NCBI RefSeq assembly: GCF_009834535.1
Contig: NC_045702.1
Span: 74,152,001 to 74,216,000 of the forward strand
Reading direction: 5' to 3'
DNA length: 64,000 nucleotides
DNA from: Camelus ferus
Taxonomy: Eukaryota
The first letter of the stretch is position 1. Each line of letters opens with the position of its first letter. A program made the position numbers and the translations under genes. A model generated the notes under the pieces. That model was not told the origin of the DNA. It was given only the letters and a program-made list of their open reading frames with translations, and did not search any database. Positions 49,736 to 62,396 of the stretch are shown here, in pieces.

Positions 49736-50288
49736 GGAGGGTTGTTTTTGCTATTGGTTTCATTGCTGGTTTTGTTTGGGGATGTTGCACTGGGTCATCT
49801 CTGGTACTTTGTCGGGAACCCAGGAAAAAGTCATGGGCTGAAGCAGTACTAAAGGTAACGGTCCTACCATTGGTGTAAATGATGCTGGCTCGATGAGCTT
49901 GGAGAGTGGTCCCAAGTTGTGGCCCCTGTGTTGATCTGGGCCAATCACACTGGGATGTGAGACGCAGGAGAACACAGACACCTGTGCCTGTGGGGCGGCC
50001 AGCTCTGTCCCCTGGAGGTACCCGCCCCATTCTCACTGAAATTGCCATCTGTTCAAATCCTCTGCTTCTGGCCATTGATCTAGTTCTTTTTCCCTCTACA
50101 CTGTTGAGTTGCTAATTGAATCCTGGGACTGTTTTTCAGTGTGTGGTTGAGTCTTGTGTAGGGAAGCTGTATGGTCGCTGGCACTTGGGCAAGACTTAAA
50201 ATCATAGCTTTCTAGTGAACATTGTGTTAAAGTGAGGCTGCCCTGGGCTCCTGTAGGAATTAATGGATGATTAGAAAAATGCCATTAC

Positions 50289-50459
50289 CTGAGCTTTCAG
50301 GAAATCCTTGGACTTTTGCTCCTTCTCATCAATTTTGATTTGAGTCATACGGATGAGGTTGAATACCAGCTCTTGCATGTTTTCTTGCTCCTTTAAAAGC
50401 TTGTTTTCTTCTGCAAGTTGCTGTTCTACTAACTTCGACTCAGCTTCTGATAGGATTTT
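50289..50459 (-). CDS. CCDC146: CCDC146 exon (~11), [25 protein letters not shown]...DFLKAQ
   Basis: tcaaaag|AAA...CAG|gtaatg; 171 nt. Confidence 0.95.
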
Positions 50460-51050
50460 CTTTTGAAAAACACAAGTATTATAATGTGTTTATTTGAAGA
50501 AACACAGTAAGGCCAGTATCTCAGACTACTTTTAAAATTTTCTATGCAGTTTATTTTATTAAAACACAAAATAAAGTAACCCTGCTGCCTTAGTGCCAAG
50601 TATTTTCTTTATCTTATAAAAGAATGTGCAAACATGATAACACGTATAACATGATAGAACTTTTTCTTAATCAGATTATTTTCAAGTAACTTTTCAAAGA
50701 GAAATAAAAGCATGTGTTAAAATACTTTGAAAGAGACTTGAATAAACAAAATCTGAAGTTAGATGTTGTTAACATAAAACATTTATTGTTAATTTTTAAA
50801 TCAGTAGCCTTTTCACTTTAAAATCTCATGAATTTGTATGATTTTTGTTGGTTTAAACATATCCTTTTTTCCCTCCAAGTTTAATGTGCATTTGGGATGA
50901 ACTTTGAGATGAACAAACAGACCCACATTAAATAGGGTCATACTCTCTTTAATGACTCTCCTATTAATGAGATTTCGTGGAACACAGTTAAGAACATAAC
51001 TTCGTATTAATCACTCTTAGATAGAAGCTTAAGTGAAAGTTGATACTAAC

Positions 51051-51146
51051 CTGTTGGGTCAAATTCCTCTTAGCTACTTCAACTTCCTTGTGGAGTTCTC
51101 TCCTTCTCTCAGATAATGTAGAATCATCTTTAGGGATAGCCTCAAT
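51051..51146 (-). CDS. CCDC146: CCDC146 exon (~10), [32 protein letters not shown]
   Basis: ttccag|ATT...CAG|gttagt; 96 nt. Confidence 0.96.
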
Positions 51147-51424
51147 CTGGAAATCAAAATTTAAAACCAAACAGGTTTTTTTATAAAAGAAAGAAATCTT
51201 TGATGTCATGTAGTCAACCCCATCACAAACCTTTTGAAATTGGTGGGCAAATTATGATTCTCAATCTTATAAGAACTGCCTCTTATGCTAAATATTCTTT
51301 ATAATGTCATGATAAATTTCTCCTTGAAAATGGAGTTAAAATATGAAGACTTGCCAAAAATCTATAATTCACCACCTGCAAATATTCTATTTCTCACTCA
51401 TTTGGAAAAAAAAAAATCTTACTA

Positions 51425-51640
51425 ATGATAGCTACTAACATTTATGGAGCACTGACTATGTGTTAGGCAAAGGTCTAAGTACTTACATGTATGGTCTCAC
51501 TGAATACTTGCAATAACCCCACAAGGTAGATAATATTATCTCCAATTGTACAGATGAGGTGAGTGAGGAACAAAGACATTTAAATACCTTGCCTCAGTGA
51601 TGTATGTGCAAAACCAGGCAGTTAGACTCAGAGAAGAAAA
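51425..51640. mobile_element. MIR SINE
   Basis: agctactaacatttatggagcactgactatgtgttaggc...tctccaattgtacagatgagg. Confidence 0.75.
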
Positions 51641-52879
51641 GGCTAAGAGGATTCTGGACTTTTCATTATGTGAAACTGCCTGGCGTGCCTACCTCTAGGC
51701 TTTTTATTATGTAAATAAAACAACCCTCTATTTAGTGAAGCTACTGTAATTAAGTTTCTGTTACTTCTTGAAGCCAAGTTGTAAACCCAATTGATATACC
51801 TTTTGAAAGGATATCTTCCTAAATCAATCTGGGAAATAGATTGGAATTAGGCTGAAATTTCCATTAATGGGGCAGGGAAAAAATTGATCAAGTATCAAAG
51901 TCCTAATTATGCTCTAATATTGAGATAAAGTAATTTGCCATTAGTTTTGCTACCCAAATTGCATTTATCAGCAGGTTTTATAAGCTTCTTTATTTTAGTT
52001 CTTTGTTTTGATTTTTAGAGAGTAACACTTCATACTTAAAATCATGTGTGTTTATTGTAACCACACAAACAATAAAAAAGTAAAATAAGAAATTAAATAT
52101 CTTGTGCTTCCTACCTCTGCTTCAAAGGCTACTTCAAAGGAGTCAGTGTTAATAGGAGTCAGTGTTAATAGTTTGGTGTCTGTTCTTCCTGACATTTTCA
52201 GTATATGAACAGATATCAGTAGTTTTCATAAAAGTTAAGAAATGAGACATTATTCTGTTGCTGTAAACATCCCTATTATTTGATATCAGTAAACCTCAGT
52301 TTCTTTGAGGCTCTGATATTTTTCTCAAATATTTCAAACTTTCATGAGGTTTGTGGCTTGAATTTCTGGAAGAGTCTCTATGGTCAAAGGCCATAAGAGA
52401 ATCAAACAACTGTCCCCAGGGGGAAACAACTCTGAAGGCTAGCCATAGCTCTTTGTGCTTATCTTTTATCTTTCCTTTTTGGATTGCATGCTAGTCTGAA
52501 ATGTTCATTCAGGCTGGGAGTGACTGGCCTGACCCACTGTTATTTTCAACTACTGCCAGCCAGCGTAGGACTGTGCCTGGGCTAATTATAAGTCATAAGT
52601 TCAAAGAGAAAGTTAGTCTGTCCCTAAAAGTGAAGTAGGACAAAAACATAGATTTTTCTTGAAATCAGTGAAGGAAGAGGATTTTAATACATTTTCATTT
52701 TTTCTGTTAGTTTTATGTTATATGAGTGCTGTTTTATGAACTTAGTAGCTAGAAGTGTCCTAATATAAATAGCATTTATTTGTTAAAATATGAACAAATT
52801 GTGAGCATTCTACCACAATCTCCTCTTTGGTCAAGGGCCATTCCTTATGTTTGTGTCCAGCCAGACCAGTGTATAGTGG

Positions 52880-53960
52880 CAACCTCATCATCAGGTACAG
52901 CATCCAGTTAGCTTGATAGTGTCCCACTCTTAGAATATAAGCAGCTAGCTAAGGATCACCAGAAATTTGAGAAGTTTCTAATAAGAAAGATACAAAAACA
53001 AACAAGTAAGAACACACAAACACACACGCAATCAAAAAACCCAGAAATATGTAATTTGAAGAAAACAAAAATCTATGCAGAGAGAAGAAAAAAAAGGAAG
53101 AAATTATCATTACTATCCTCAGTGAGAGAAGATATGAAGTAAGAATAAGGATACTATAAAAAATAAACAGAAAATTTCAAATATAGCAGAATGAAATATT
53201 AAATAGGATTGGAAGGAAAGTTGAGGAAATCTCCTTTGTAGCAAGTCCAAAAGACCCCAAAAGAATGGAAAATAAGAGAAAAAAGACAAGAAAATTAAGA
53301 AACTGTTTTAGAAGGTCCAACATCTGGATAATAGGAGTCCCAGAAAGATAACAAGAAAATAAAAGTGGACAAAATTGGAGAAATTATTTAAGACAAAGTC
53401 TCAGAATTGAAAGCATAAGGTTCTAAATACAAAGAGCCCACTAAGTGTCCAGCACAATGGCTAAAAATAGAAGATCCACAAGTGGGAACTTCATTGTGAA
53501 ATCTAAAAATTTTGGAGGCAAATAAACAATCCTACAAGTTTCCAGCATGAAGAAAAAAACTGGTTTCAAACAAAGGCTCAAGTATCAAAATGACACCAAG
53601 TTTCTAAGTAGTGACTTCAGAAGCTAAAAGACACCTGATCAATGTCTTCATTATGAGGGAAAATAATTTTCAATTAAAATTTCATATCCAGTTAATTATT
53701 ATCTGTGAAGCTAGTGTGAGGATAAAACATTTCCTGACATGCAAGGTGTTCTGACATGCATTTTCTAACAGGTCTTAAAAAATTATTTTTCATTCACCTT
53801 TTCTCAGGAAGCTACTGGAAGACATGCTCCTCCCACAAAAAGATAATGAGCCAAAAGAGAAACACAAGAGACCCATGACATAGGGGATCTAACATAGGAG
53901 AGAGGTAAAGGGAGTCACCTCTGAAGAAAACAGCCGGGGAGGATACACACAGAGGAATGT
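52880..53960 (+). mobile_element. Old L1 ORF1-region remnant (continues at ~54530-54890 and ~57340-57900)
   Basis: ggtccaacatctggataataggagtcccagaaag...agtctcagaattgaaag typical of L1M ORF1. Confidence 0.65.
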
Positions 53961-53968
53961 GACCAGTT

Positions 53969-54479
53969 TGTAACAGATGAGAAGGCTGAGAAGGGAAAGG
54001 CAGCTTCTAACGTCTGTGAGTACAGCTGGGCCTTGGTGCTCTCCCACTGAACACAAGTTCACAGAACATCACCATCAGACAAGACCGCTCTGTATTTGTC
54101 TTTATCACAGACAAAAACATGACCATTGTCCAAACCACAAAATACCACATATGCCCATCTCACAGTCTTCCTTACCAGTTACAGCTTCAGCCTCGATCTA
54201 GTCTTTATTTTTCCTAGCTTAAGATTTATTAAGTTTCTCAACCAAAGAATTACCCTCACTTTCTGACAACATCCAAATCTAGGGTGAAGACCCAATTTCT
54301 TAAACCATCCCTCAAACATATAATGCAAGCCCAAATCCTGTATATCCTTTCTAATACCCTCTGCTGAGATACCCTACTATTCCCTGTGGTATATGTTCTC
54401 CCTGACTGCAGTGAGTAATATACTCAACTCATTCGATTGCAAGTGTGTTCTAGTGGTCTTTGGCTGGAGGTCACTGCCA
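53969..54479 (+). mobile_element. Solo ERV1-type LTR (MER31/MER34-like)
   Basis: TGTAAC...gtggtctttggctggaggtcactgCCA; flanks AGTT/AGTC as a near-TSD. Confidence 0.65.
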
Positions 54480-57004
54480 AGTCTCAGGAGTGATTTCCTC
54501 AAGATTAAATGAATGGACCACCAAAGGTGTTTTAATGTACTGGGAGGAAATTTATACAATTTCAGAACAGTTTGGGGTTGAACTACTGATAATGACACAG
54601 AAAACTACAAATAAGAAGCCAGATGTTTATACATTTCTGGGAACACAAAATTTTGTAAGAAAGGATAAGGTAATTATCTAATATTATATGACTCAGGTGT
54701 GAATAACCTTTATGTATTCGTAATAATGTAAATATCAAAATTTGAACTTGTTAAAATTGTGGCATGGGACTATTCAGTGTATGGAGGGACAAGAAATGTG
54801 TGTGTTGAACAGGGATATAGCTTAATCCTTACCTTTTAGAGTGAGAAGTAAAAAAGGTCTAAAACTGAAAAATCAAGGAGCAGCGTTATTAGCACACTTA
54901 GACTGTCTTTCCATCCCCGCTCGGCCGGGTGAGAATGGCCTGTGGGCCTGGAAACACTTCCTCATCAGCCGGTGCTGGTCTCACCACCTTGTGTGGGTAT
55001 TTCTTTCCCTGTTTCAGGGACCATGACTACTCCTTTGTTCTGCTTGAGCTTGTGTGTCACTGGCCCTCAGGCATGACTTTCAGTATTTCAGACTCTACAA
55101 GAAAGGGGTCAAGATTCCTTCCACTGTGGTATGACATTTGTGAGCGCTGCCTGATCACCCTGAGTGGCCGCCAGGAGAGACTGGTGGCCACGGGGTACCA
55201 ATGTCCACCATTGAAGCTGATCTTGCTCTGTCTCTTCCTTACGTAGGTGAAGTGTTGTTCCATCCAGTGCTTCACTGTGTTGTGCTTTCCTTGGTGACTC
55301 TAATTCCAAGATGCAACGGGCCTCCTCCTGGGAACTGGTAAGTGGTGCATGGCGTTCTGCTCCCTCGGGACTGATGCCTGCACGGAACTCTGCTTGACTT
55401 GTGCTATACAGGAAGTGCCATATTTCCTTGGTTAGAGGATTCTGTTGTTGTTGTCACCCTCTTGGACATGGTTTTATGTTTAGAAAGAGTCACAATACCC
55501 CAGCCCTTAAACATGATGGTGAGTGTCAGAGTAAAACCCCCAGTGTCCCTGAGGGGACTGTATCAAAGTGTAGATATGGGGTTTTATTTTTCTTTAGTGC
55601 CAAATGGAAGTCAGTAGAAGCCACGATTAAATGCAGAGGTGTACTGTATGGGTACTATGATTTCCTGAGTGTGATGTCTTTGATTAAGTATTCTTCCACA
55701 TTCTAATTTGTCATGTTTTGCCTAATCCAAGCAAAGATTCTCTCCCTGTGGCAGGACCACTTTCTTCTTCTTTTTTAAAAAATCAGAATCATACATATTT
55801 CTTGATACAACTTGACCAACTGTATTTCAACATATGGAAACAAACAGAACTCACTCTACTTTAATAATATAAATAATGTGGCACTTAAGACTTTTTCTTG
55901 ATTAAAAGCTAAGAATCTTGTTTGCATTTCTTTGAAAGGAAAAACTATAATGAAGACAAAGTAATGTCAAAGTGATAGGCCAAACAGAGAGGAGATTATA
56001 ATTACAGACTCAGTTCAGTTTAGGATGTGTATGTATGTTGCTCCTTAGATGATATTTTGAGGAATAGAGATTATTTATCCATTTGGTTTGGAATCTACAT
56101 GCCCCTGGTCTGATCCCTGAACAGCAAGTTAAATTGCCCCTTCCAGTCATCTGTCATTCTTTTTTCCTCCCTTCTGATTTTTCTTTTATTAGTTACACAT
56201 GAATACATTTCCAGACTACATTCACTGACCAAAAAAATTTTTGCCACTAACATTTTTTTTTTAGTCATTTAAGCCATTATCTTATGTGGCACCTTTTTTG
56301 TTTTTTTTGAGGTAGGCACTGTTTCACTATTTAATTTTATTTTGTGAACACTCTTAAACTTTCCAAAATGATATGCAAATCAGTTGCCTTGAGAGGAATG
56401 CTAGCCCCTCAGCTGTTCTGAGCCAAAGAGCCCAGAGCATTCATCAAAGCAGAGTAAGGGAGCAGAGCAAGTAAGGCTGGGCTACTTCTTCCAAAGCAAC
56501 TTTGTTTTTGAGTTTGGTGTTCCTGGCAGCTGCAGAATCCTGGACTTGGGGTGCAGTCATTTCCACTTTGCATTAAATACTTGCTCCTGTGTGCTTTGCA
56601 TTGGGAGCAAATTAGCAGGATTATCTTCTCAGTCTGGAATTGCGTCCAGACACTGAGCACTACTGCCTACTCCCCACAATCTTAAGTTTCTTCCTATTGA
56701 CACGGGTCTTCTCCCAGTGGATGGAGGTTCCTGGCCAGTGAGGCAGCCTCAACCATGCTTGGAACTTTCTCAGCAGTGAGAGCTACTGAGGCGAGCTTTC
56801 AAGTGAAGGCATAAAACGGGGTTCAAGAGGGCTCCTTGTTTCTAATTGTAGCTTCTCAAACAGGCTGATTTGTTTCCACATTCCCAGTAGCTGTGTGTCA
56901 CAAGTAGTTAGCACTGTTATTACTAAGAATTAATGTGTACTGTCCATTTGCTTTTTGCCGGGGAAGGTAATAAAGGTTGTATATTCATTGTCTAATTTCT
57001 TGTC

Positions 57005-57333
57005 TTTAAATTTAACTATAGTTGACTTGCAATATTGCATTAGTTTCAAGAGTGGAACTTCAGATTCTTTCCCATTATAGGTTATTATAAGATATCAACT
57101 ATAGTTCCCTGTGCTATCCAGTAAATCCTTTTTGTTTCTTCTATATATAATGGTGTGTCTCTGTTAATCCTATACTCCTAATTCATCCCTCTCCACCTTT
57201 CCCGTTTGGTAACCATAAGTTCGTTTTCTATGTCTGTGAGTCTGCTTCTATTTTGTAAATAAGTTCATCTGTATCATTTTTCAGATTCCACATATAAATG
57301 GTATCATATGATATTGGTCTTTCTCTGACTGGA
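57005..57333 (-). mobile_element. Artiodactyl L1 3' end
   Basis: actatagttgacttgcaatattg...tagttccctgtgctatccagtaaatcc...gattcccacatataaatg. Confidence 0.85.
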
Positions 57334-57339
57334 CTCTGA

Positions 57340-57900
57340 TAAGTCAAGGATGAATGGCGTAATCTTCAGGGTAACCACTCAGAGAATGGAAGGAGAATGC
57401 AAAACTAACACATATCAAAAATGGGGAAAATAGGACAGTGGAAAATACAAATAGAACAGTTCATCTTTTTGATCAGTCTGAAAGAAGAAAAGATAGAGAA
57501 AGTGGGACACAAAATAGATGGGACAAAGGAAAAGCAAGAGTAATACCAGGGACATAAGCCCAAGTGTATCCATAGTTACATTAAATGTTTCTGGAGTAAA
57601 CATGAGAACTAAAAGGCAGAAATTTTCAGACCAGATATTAAAAAGTATGTGCTGCATATGAAAGACACACCTAGATTAAGGACACAGAAAGGATGAAAGT
57701 AAATGGATGGAAAAGGAAACACCATGCAAAATCTAACAACAACAACACAACTAGTGTAACTGATATTTTACTAATATCAGATAAGGTGAATTTTTATGGA
57801 AAAAAGCATTTCTGGAGTTAAAGATATTTCATAGTAATAAAAGAATCAATCTACTTGCAGCAATATTAGTAAAACTGTTAGACGTAGATGAGAAACATAC
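57340..57900 (+). mobile_element. Old L1 ORF2 endonuclease-region remnant
   Basis: tacattaaatgt...aaaaggcagaaattttcagac...aaagacacacctagattaaggacacagaaagg...accatgcaaa. Confidence 0.7.
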
Positions 57901-58094
57901 ATACCATTCTTTTATTTGATAATAATAAGTACCTCTTTGTTTTGCAAACACGTAAAAAGCATACTTCACCCCACTGTGATGAGGTGGGGGAAAGTCCGTG
58001 AAGTAACATCTGACGGAAGACCAGGACCTACTCATTTATACACTCCTAACCCCAACCAATTACTTGCACATCTTGCTAAAGACTGGTCTTCCAG

Positions 58095-58460
58095 TCAGGG
58101 TAGGTTAGGTTATGTGTCAGAAACAACCCCAACTGTCATGACTCAACAGCATGAAAGCTTATTTCTTGCTTTGACAAAGCCTGTGGTCAGTCAAGGTGAT
58201 TCTCCAGGACCCCTGTTGGCTCAGCTTTCCTGGCTGCTCCCATTTTACAGCACTTCCATGTCATCATGTCCTTCCACAGTGGGCCCAGGATGGGGAAAAG
58301 AGCTAGAGGGTCTCAAGCTGGTAATTAGATGCTCTAGGCTGGAAGGGACATGTGTTGCTTCTGCCCACAGTCCACTGGCCAGAACTAGACATATGACCCT
58401 GCCCAGTGACAAAGGATGCAAGGAATATAAACCTTCCAGATGCCCAGAAAGAGAGGAGAA
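58095..58460 (-). mobile_element. MLT1-type (MaLR) LTR
   Basis: ttctgcccacagtccactggccagaactagacatatgacc and taggttatg...aacaacccc. Confidence 0.7.
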
Positions 58461-59322
58461 TTCGGCCTATTAGGATGAGAGGTGTCTACCACATCTGGCA
58501 ACCCCTGTTTAAATTCTAAGGTCATGAACCTCCATAAAGTCATGGAGCATGACAGTCCTGGAGAGAACAGGTATGGTTTCTGCACCCCAAGCTGCTTCAT
58601 CTCAGAGATTGATCCCTTTTTCACCAAAGGAAGTGCTTGCCAAGGCATGGGCACGAGGATGCAGCCCTCTCAAGGGTCCACTGACTTTGAGCAGTGCTTG
58701 GTCCACTAGCACAGGCAGTGCCACCTGAGAGAGGAGAGAATCAGAGGCAACAGGACCAAACCCTTCCACTTGGGAGCACAGAGGTGGTAGGAAGGTAACA
58801 GCTATCTTGAGCGTTCTCTGACTGTAGTACACCTCTGATACTGCACAGAATTAGTCAGGTAGCTTGACACCAGGTTCTGATGGCTCTTGGCTAGTTGGAG
58901 GTACAGGCTGACTGTCCGTGTATATTTACATGATCTGACCTTGTCTCTGACTGCTGGAGTCTACAATGACACGATTTTGGATCTGACACTTTCAAATGGT
59001 AAAGACAGTGGTCCATTTGGTCCTTCCCTGTAGTGAACCTTTTAGCTCTTCCAGAACTGGCTGGCCTAAACGGTTTCCCTTGGCCAGGCTGATGCCTGAT
59101 CCAAACAAGATGTTTCTCTAATCTTGGGCTAGCAAAAAGATGGAGACATACTGTAAGACGGAGCCTGTATAACAGGTTTGATGCATTTTAAAGTTACCTC
59201 TTCTCTTGTTATTTTTCTTCCCCTCTTTCTCAGTTGATGGCAAAAAACAACTTCTTGAAATATTTTTACTTCAGAATGACGGCACTGAGCTTACAAATCA
59301 GATAGTGGCGTTCAGCACCCAC

Positions 59323-59509
59323 CTCTAACAGGAGCCTTTGGTGCAGGGCTTGAGTTTGAGTGAGTGCGTCCCACGACACTTTCAAGAGTAGCTCCATCTT
59401 TTTTAAATTTCGAAGATCTCGTTCTTTCTCTCTTTGCTTACGAGAAAGTTCGTCATGGTAGTTCTGCTTGTCAATGAGACAGTTACGTAAATTGAGATCC
59501 AAGATCCCT
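59323..59509 (-). CDS. CCDC146: CCDC146 exon (~9), [25 protein letters not shown]...RLLLE
   Basis: caacag|A GGG...GAG|gtgggt; 187 nt. Confidence 0.96.
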
Positions 59510-60186
59510 CTGTTGCAGGTAAAAAGAGAATATGAAAGTGATTTGTTGTCACTCGCCCTTTATGCTTTTCAAGACAACATGCTCAGTAGATACACACAGA
59601 ACTATTCTCGTTAGAATCAAATTTTAAGTAATTCCAAAAGCAATTTTGTTTGCAAGTTGTCAGAGTCAGTCATAAAAAAAAAAAAAAAAAAACCCAAGTG
59701 GAAGAGTAAATTGGCAGAGAGTCCTAGTTTCCCTGAAATCTTATTTTAAAATGGAAATTAACACTCTCCCAGGGACTCATACCACAAAATTGCTCTCATT
59801 AGGAAAAAAATCATGTTTACCTCAGACATACCATCGTTTGTAGGAAAAAAAAAATCCTCTCAATTATAGCCCACTCCAATGATAGAATTTTCCAGAGACA
59901 CATTTCAGAAACTTTTAAGAATACAACAAATTGTGTCCTTAAGATTTGGTCACAGGAAATAGAGGACAATGAAGAAGAAAGGATGGGAAAAATACTTTAT
60001 TTAATAATATATATATTTTTTATCAATGGTAATGGTAAATTAATGGTACTTAGTGGTAAAAATCAATGTAAAATTCTATGAAAATGTTTACTGAATCACC
60101 ATAAATCTGTTTGAGTTTATGTTTTGAATCCTCAGATATAAATCAAAGAAAAATATAGATGACAGAAACACAGAAATATAACTAAC

Positions 60187-60414
60187 CTTTCAGTTAGCGA
60201 AGTTGCTTCATTCTCTCTGGTTAATTCCAATAGCTTGACCAGTTGGTTATATTCTCGTTCTTTGATTTCAAGTAAGGCTCGTTTGCCTTCAACTTCTTTT
60301 ATTACATCTTCCTTCTCTTCCATTATAGCATTAATTTTGGTTTCAACTTTCTTTAGGGAGTCATTTAGCTCTTTGAGTTCACATTCCAAGATAAGTTTTT
60401 TCTTTTCCATTTCT
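60187..60414 (-). CDS. CCDC146: CCDC146 exon (~8), [22 protein letters not shown]...TSLTE
   Basis: ccacag|A GAA...GAA AG|gttagt; 228 nt. Confidence 0.95.
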
Positions 60415-61412
60415 CTGTGGGGGATACATAATTTGCATGCACATGACATCCACACACACATTTACCTAGTTTTGAGCCCAGGCTGTCTTTACCAATTTTT
60501 ACTTCATGACAAGGCAACAGAAGAGCTAGTCATCAAATTCATTGATCTCAGAAGTGGGGTGAAGACCACAGGTGAGTGGGACTTAGAGGGTATCTCGACT
60601 GAGTGTCACCAAGGGCAGGGATTTGTCCAACCCCCCACTTTCTCCCCAGATGCCCACTGCTACCATCTCCTGGGATTCTACCCTCATCCTGACCAGCCTC
60701 CCTGAAGTGACCTACATTTCTCCAGTTTGGTGCTGGTGGGCTTGGCTTTTACAACCATTACTAGTGCCTGCTTCTTTTTCCCCTCTTCTTTTAAGATCAA
60801 TCATCAGTGCAAACATAGTACTTTTCCAGATTTTCATCTTCACGTATCTTTATCTTTTTTGGTTCCTCTAAACCTCGAGAATTTCCTCAGTCACTTCTGC
60901 CTCCAAATCTACTCTGAGTGTTTGGGGGTCTTACACATGTGACTGGGTGTCAAGTGAAGAGTTAACCGTCATGGGGGCTTTAGGCATCTGACTGGGTGAC
61001 GTATATCTAGACCATGAAATTCTACATGGTTCAAATAATTGACCCCTGTATGGGGGTCATACAGAGCTGTGTATCAGCTCTGTTAAAGTCTACTGGCATT
61101 CTCCATAAAGATATATTTTATAAATTATATTTACAAATTATTTATATATAAATTAACATGTATTTATAAAATATAAAATGAGAATATTGTCCCCAAATTA
61201 AGACACAAATAAGTGTGATGAGTAATAGTAATATGCTACACTATATTCTTTTAAAGAACTTGATACACACAACCTAGACAGGGCTAAATTCAGATGTTTC
61301 TAAAATTACAATGGTAATTTGATGTGTTCAGTGGTTAATATTCTTGTTTTAGCATGCACACATAACTTGGGGGAGAGTGGGCTGGGCGGGCTAAAAAAAT
61401 ATTAAGCCATAC

Positions 61413-61486
61413 ACTTTTTTGCGTGTTGTTTTTTCTATCTCTTTTCCAATTTGTACAGGAATAGCTTGATGGTGGACCACTTCATC
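61413..61486 (-). CDS. CCDC146: CCDC146 exon (~7), [24 protein letters not shown](V)
   Basis: tactag|GAT...AAA GT|gtatgg; 74 nt. Confidence 0.94.
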
Positions 61487-62219
61487 CTAGTAGAGAAATG
61501 GAACCATGTTAAATTATGTAATCTTGGACCAAAAGCAGTTAAGCAAATTAAATGCGAGAGAGGAAAGAACTACAAGGTGTAGAATTCTTACTATCTGTCC
61601 TGTACTATGCAGCATGCTTTAATTATTCCATTTAATACTCATAATGAACTTAACAAGATAGTTATGGTTGTTACCATTTGAAAGGGGAGCTGAGTATAGC
61701 AGATGCTCTGGGTGCTCTGCCCAGACTTCCTCTATGGAGGCGCCCGTCCCTCAGAGGCTGCCAACAGCTCATGCTTGTTCTCACAGGATCACCACTGGCT
61801 GGGTGGAGGGGCCTTGTCGGGGACTGGGTGGTGGGAGGAGGAGGGGAGCAGGCTGTGACCAATGACTAGTGAAGTGGGGCTCTAACAGCCCATCATCCCA
61901 CCCCCTGCTACCTGCCTCTCCCCATTGGCAGTGATTGTGTTTGTAACACTCATTTCTAATAAGGAAAAATGCTTGGCAAGTTTGAGAGAGACCTTTTCCC
62001 TGGATCAGGGCTTCGACTTAGACTGATGCCAGCAAACACTCAAAAGTCTTTCGTGAATTCCCAGAGCCCAGGTTTAGTCTGATAGGACCAATTGCAACGC
62101 AGAACATTTCAGTTTGTATGGTTTGGACTTTGTCAAACCTATGCAGTCAGTCCGGATACTCGTGCATTTTTATGTTCATGCAGGCACAGTGTTTAAATAT
62201 TTATGAACTGGAAGCACAC

Positions 62220-62396
62220 CTTTAAGGTGACCTGATACTCCAGTAGTTCTTCCAGTTCCTTCTTCTCCTTTAGTAATTGCTTTTGTTTTGATGTCAAATC
62301 TTCCCGTAAATTTTTAATTTCTAATTTCTTCTGCATTGTTTCCTTACGTAATTCTTCAGTGCTTTCCCTCAATATTCTCATCTTCTTCTCCATTTC
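62220..62396 (-). CDS. CCDC146: CCDC146 exon (~6), [24 protein letters not shown]...QVTLK
   Basis: ttaaaag|GAA...AAG|gtgtgc; 177 nt; upstream exons lie beyond the window end. Confidence 0.95.

Noticed and set aside
49731-50075. 114-aa minus ORF abutting the PCBD1 copy as a possible new N-terminus
   Set aside because: Ends in TGA at the insertion boundary and has no recognisable homology.
57916-58473. 185-aa ORF
   Set aside because: Runs through an MLT1 LTR; no splice or homology support.
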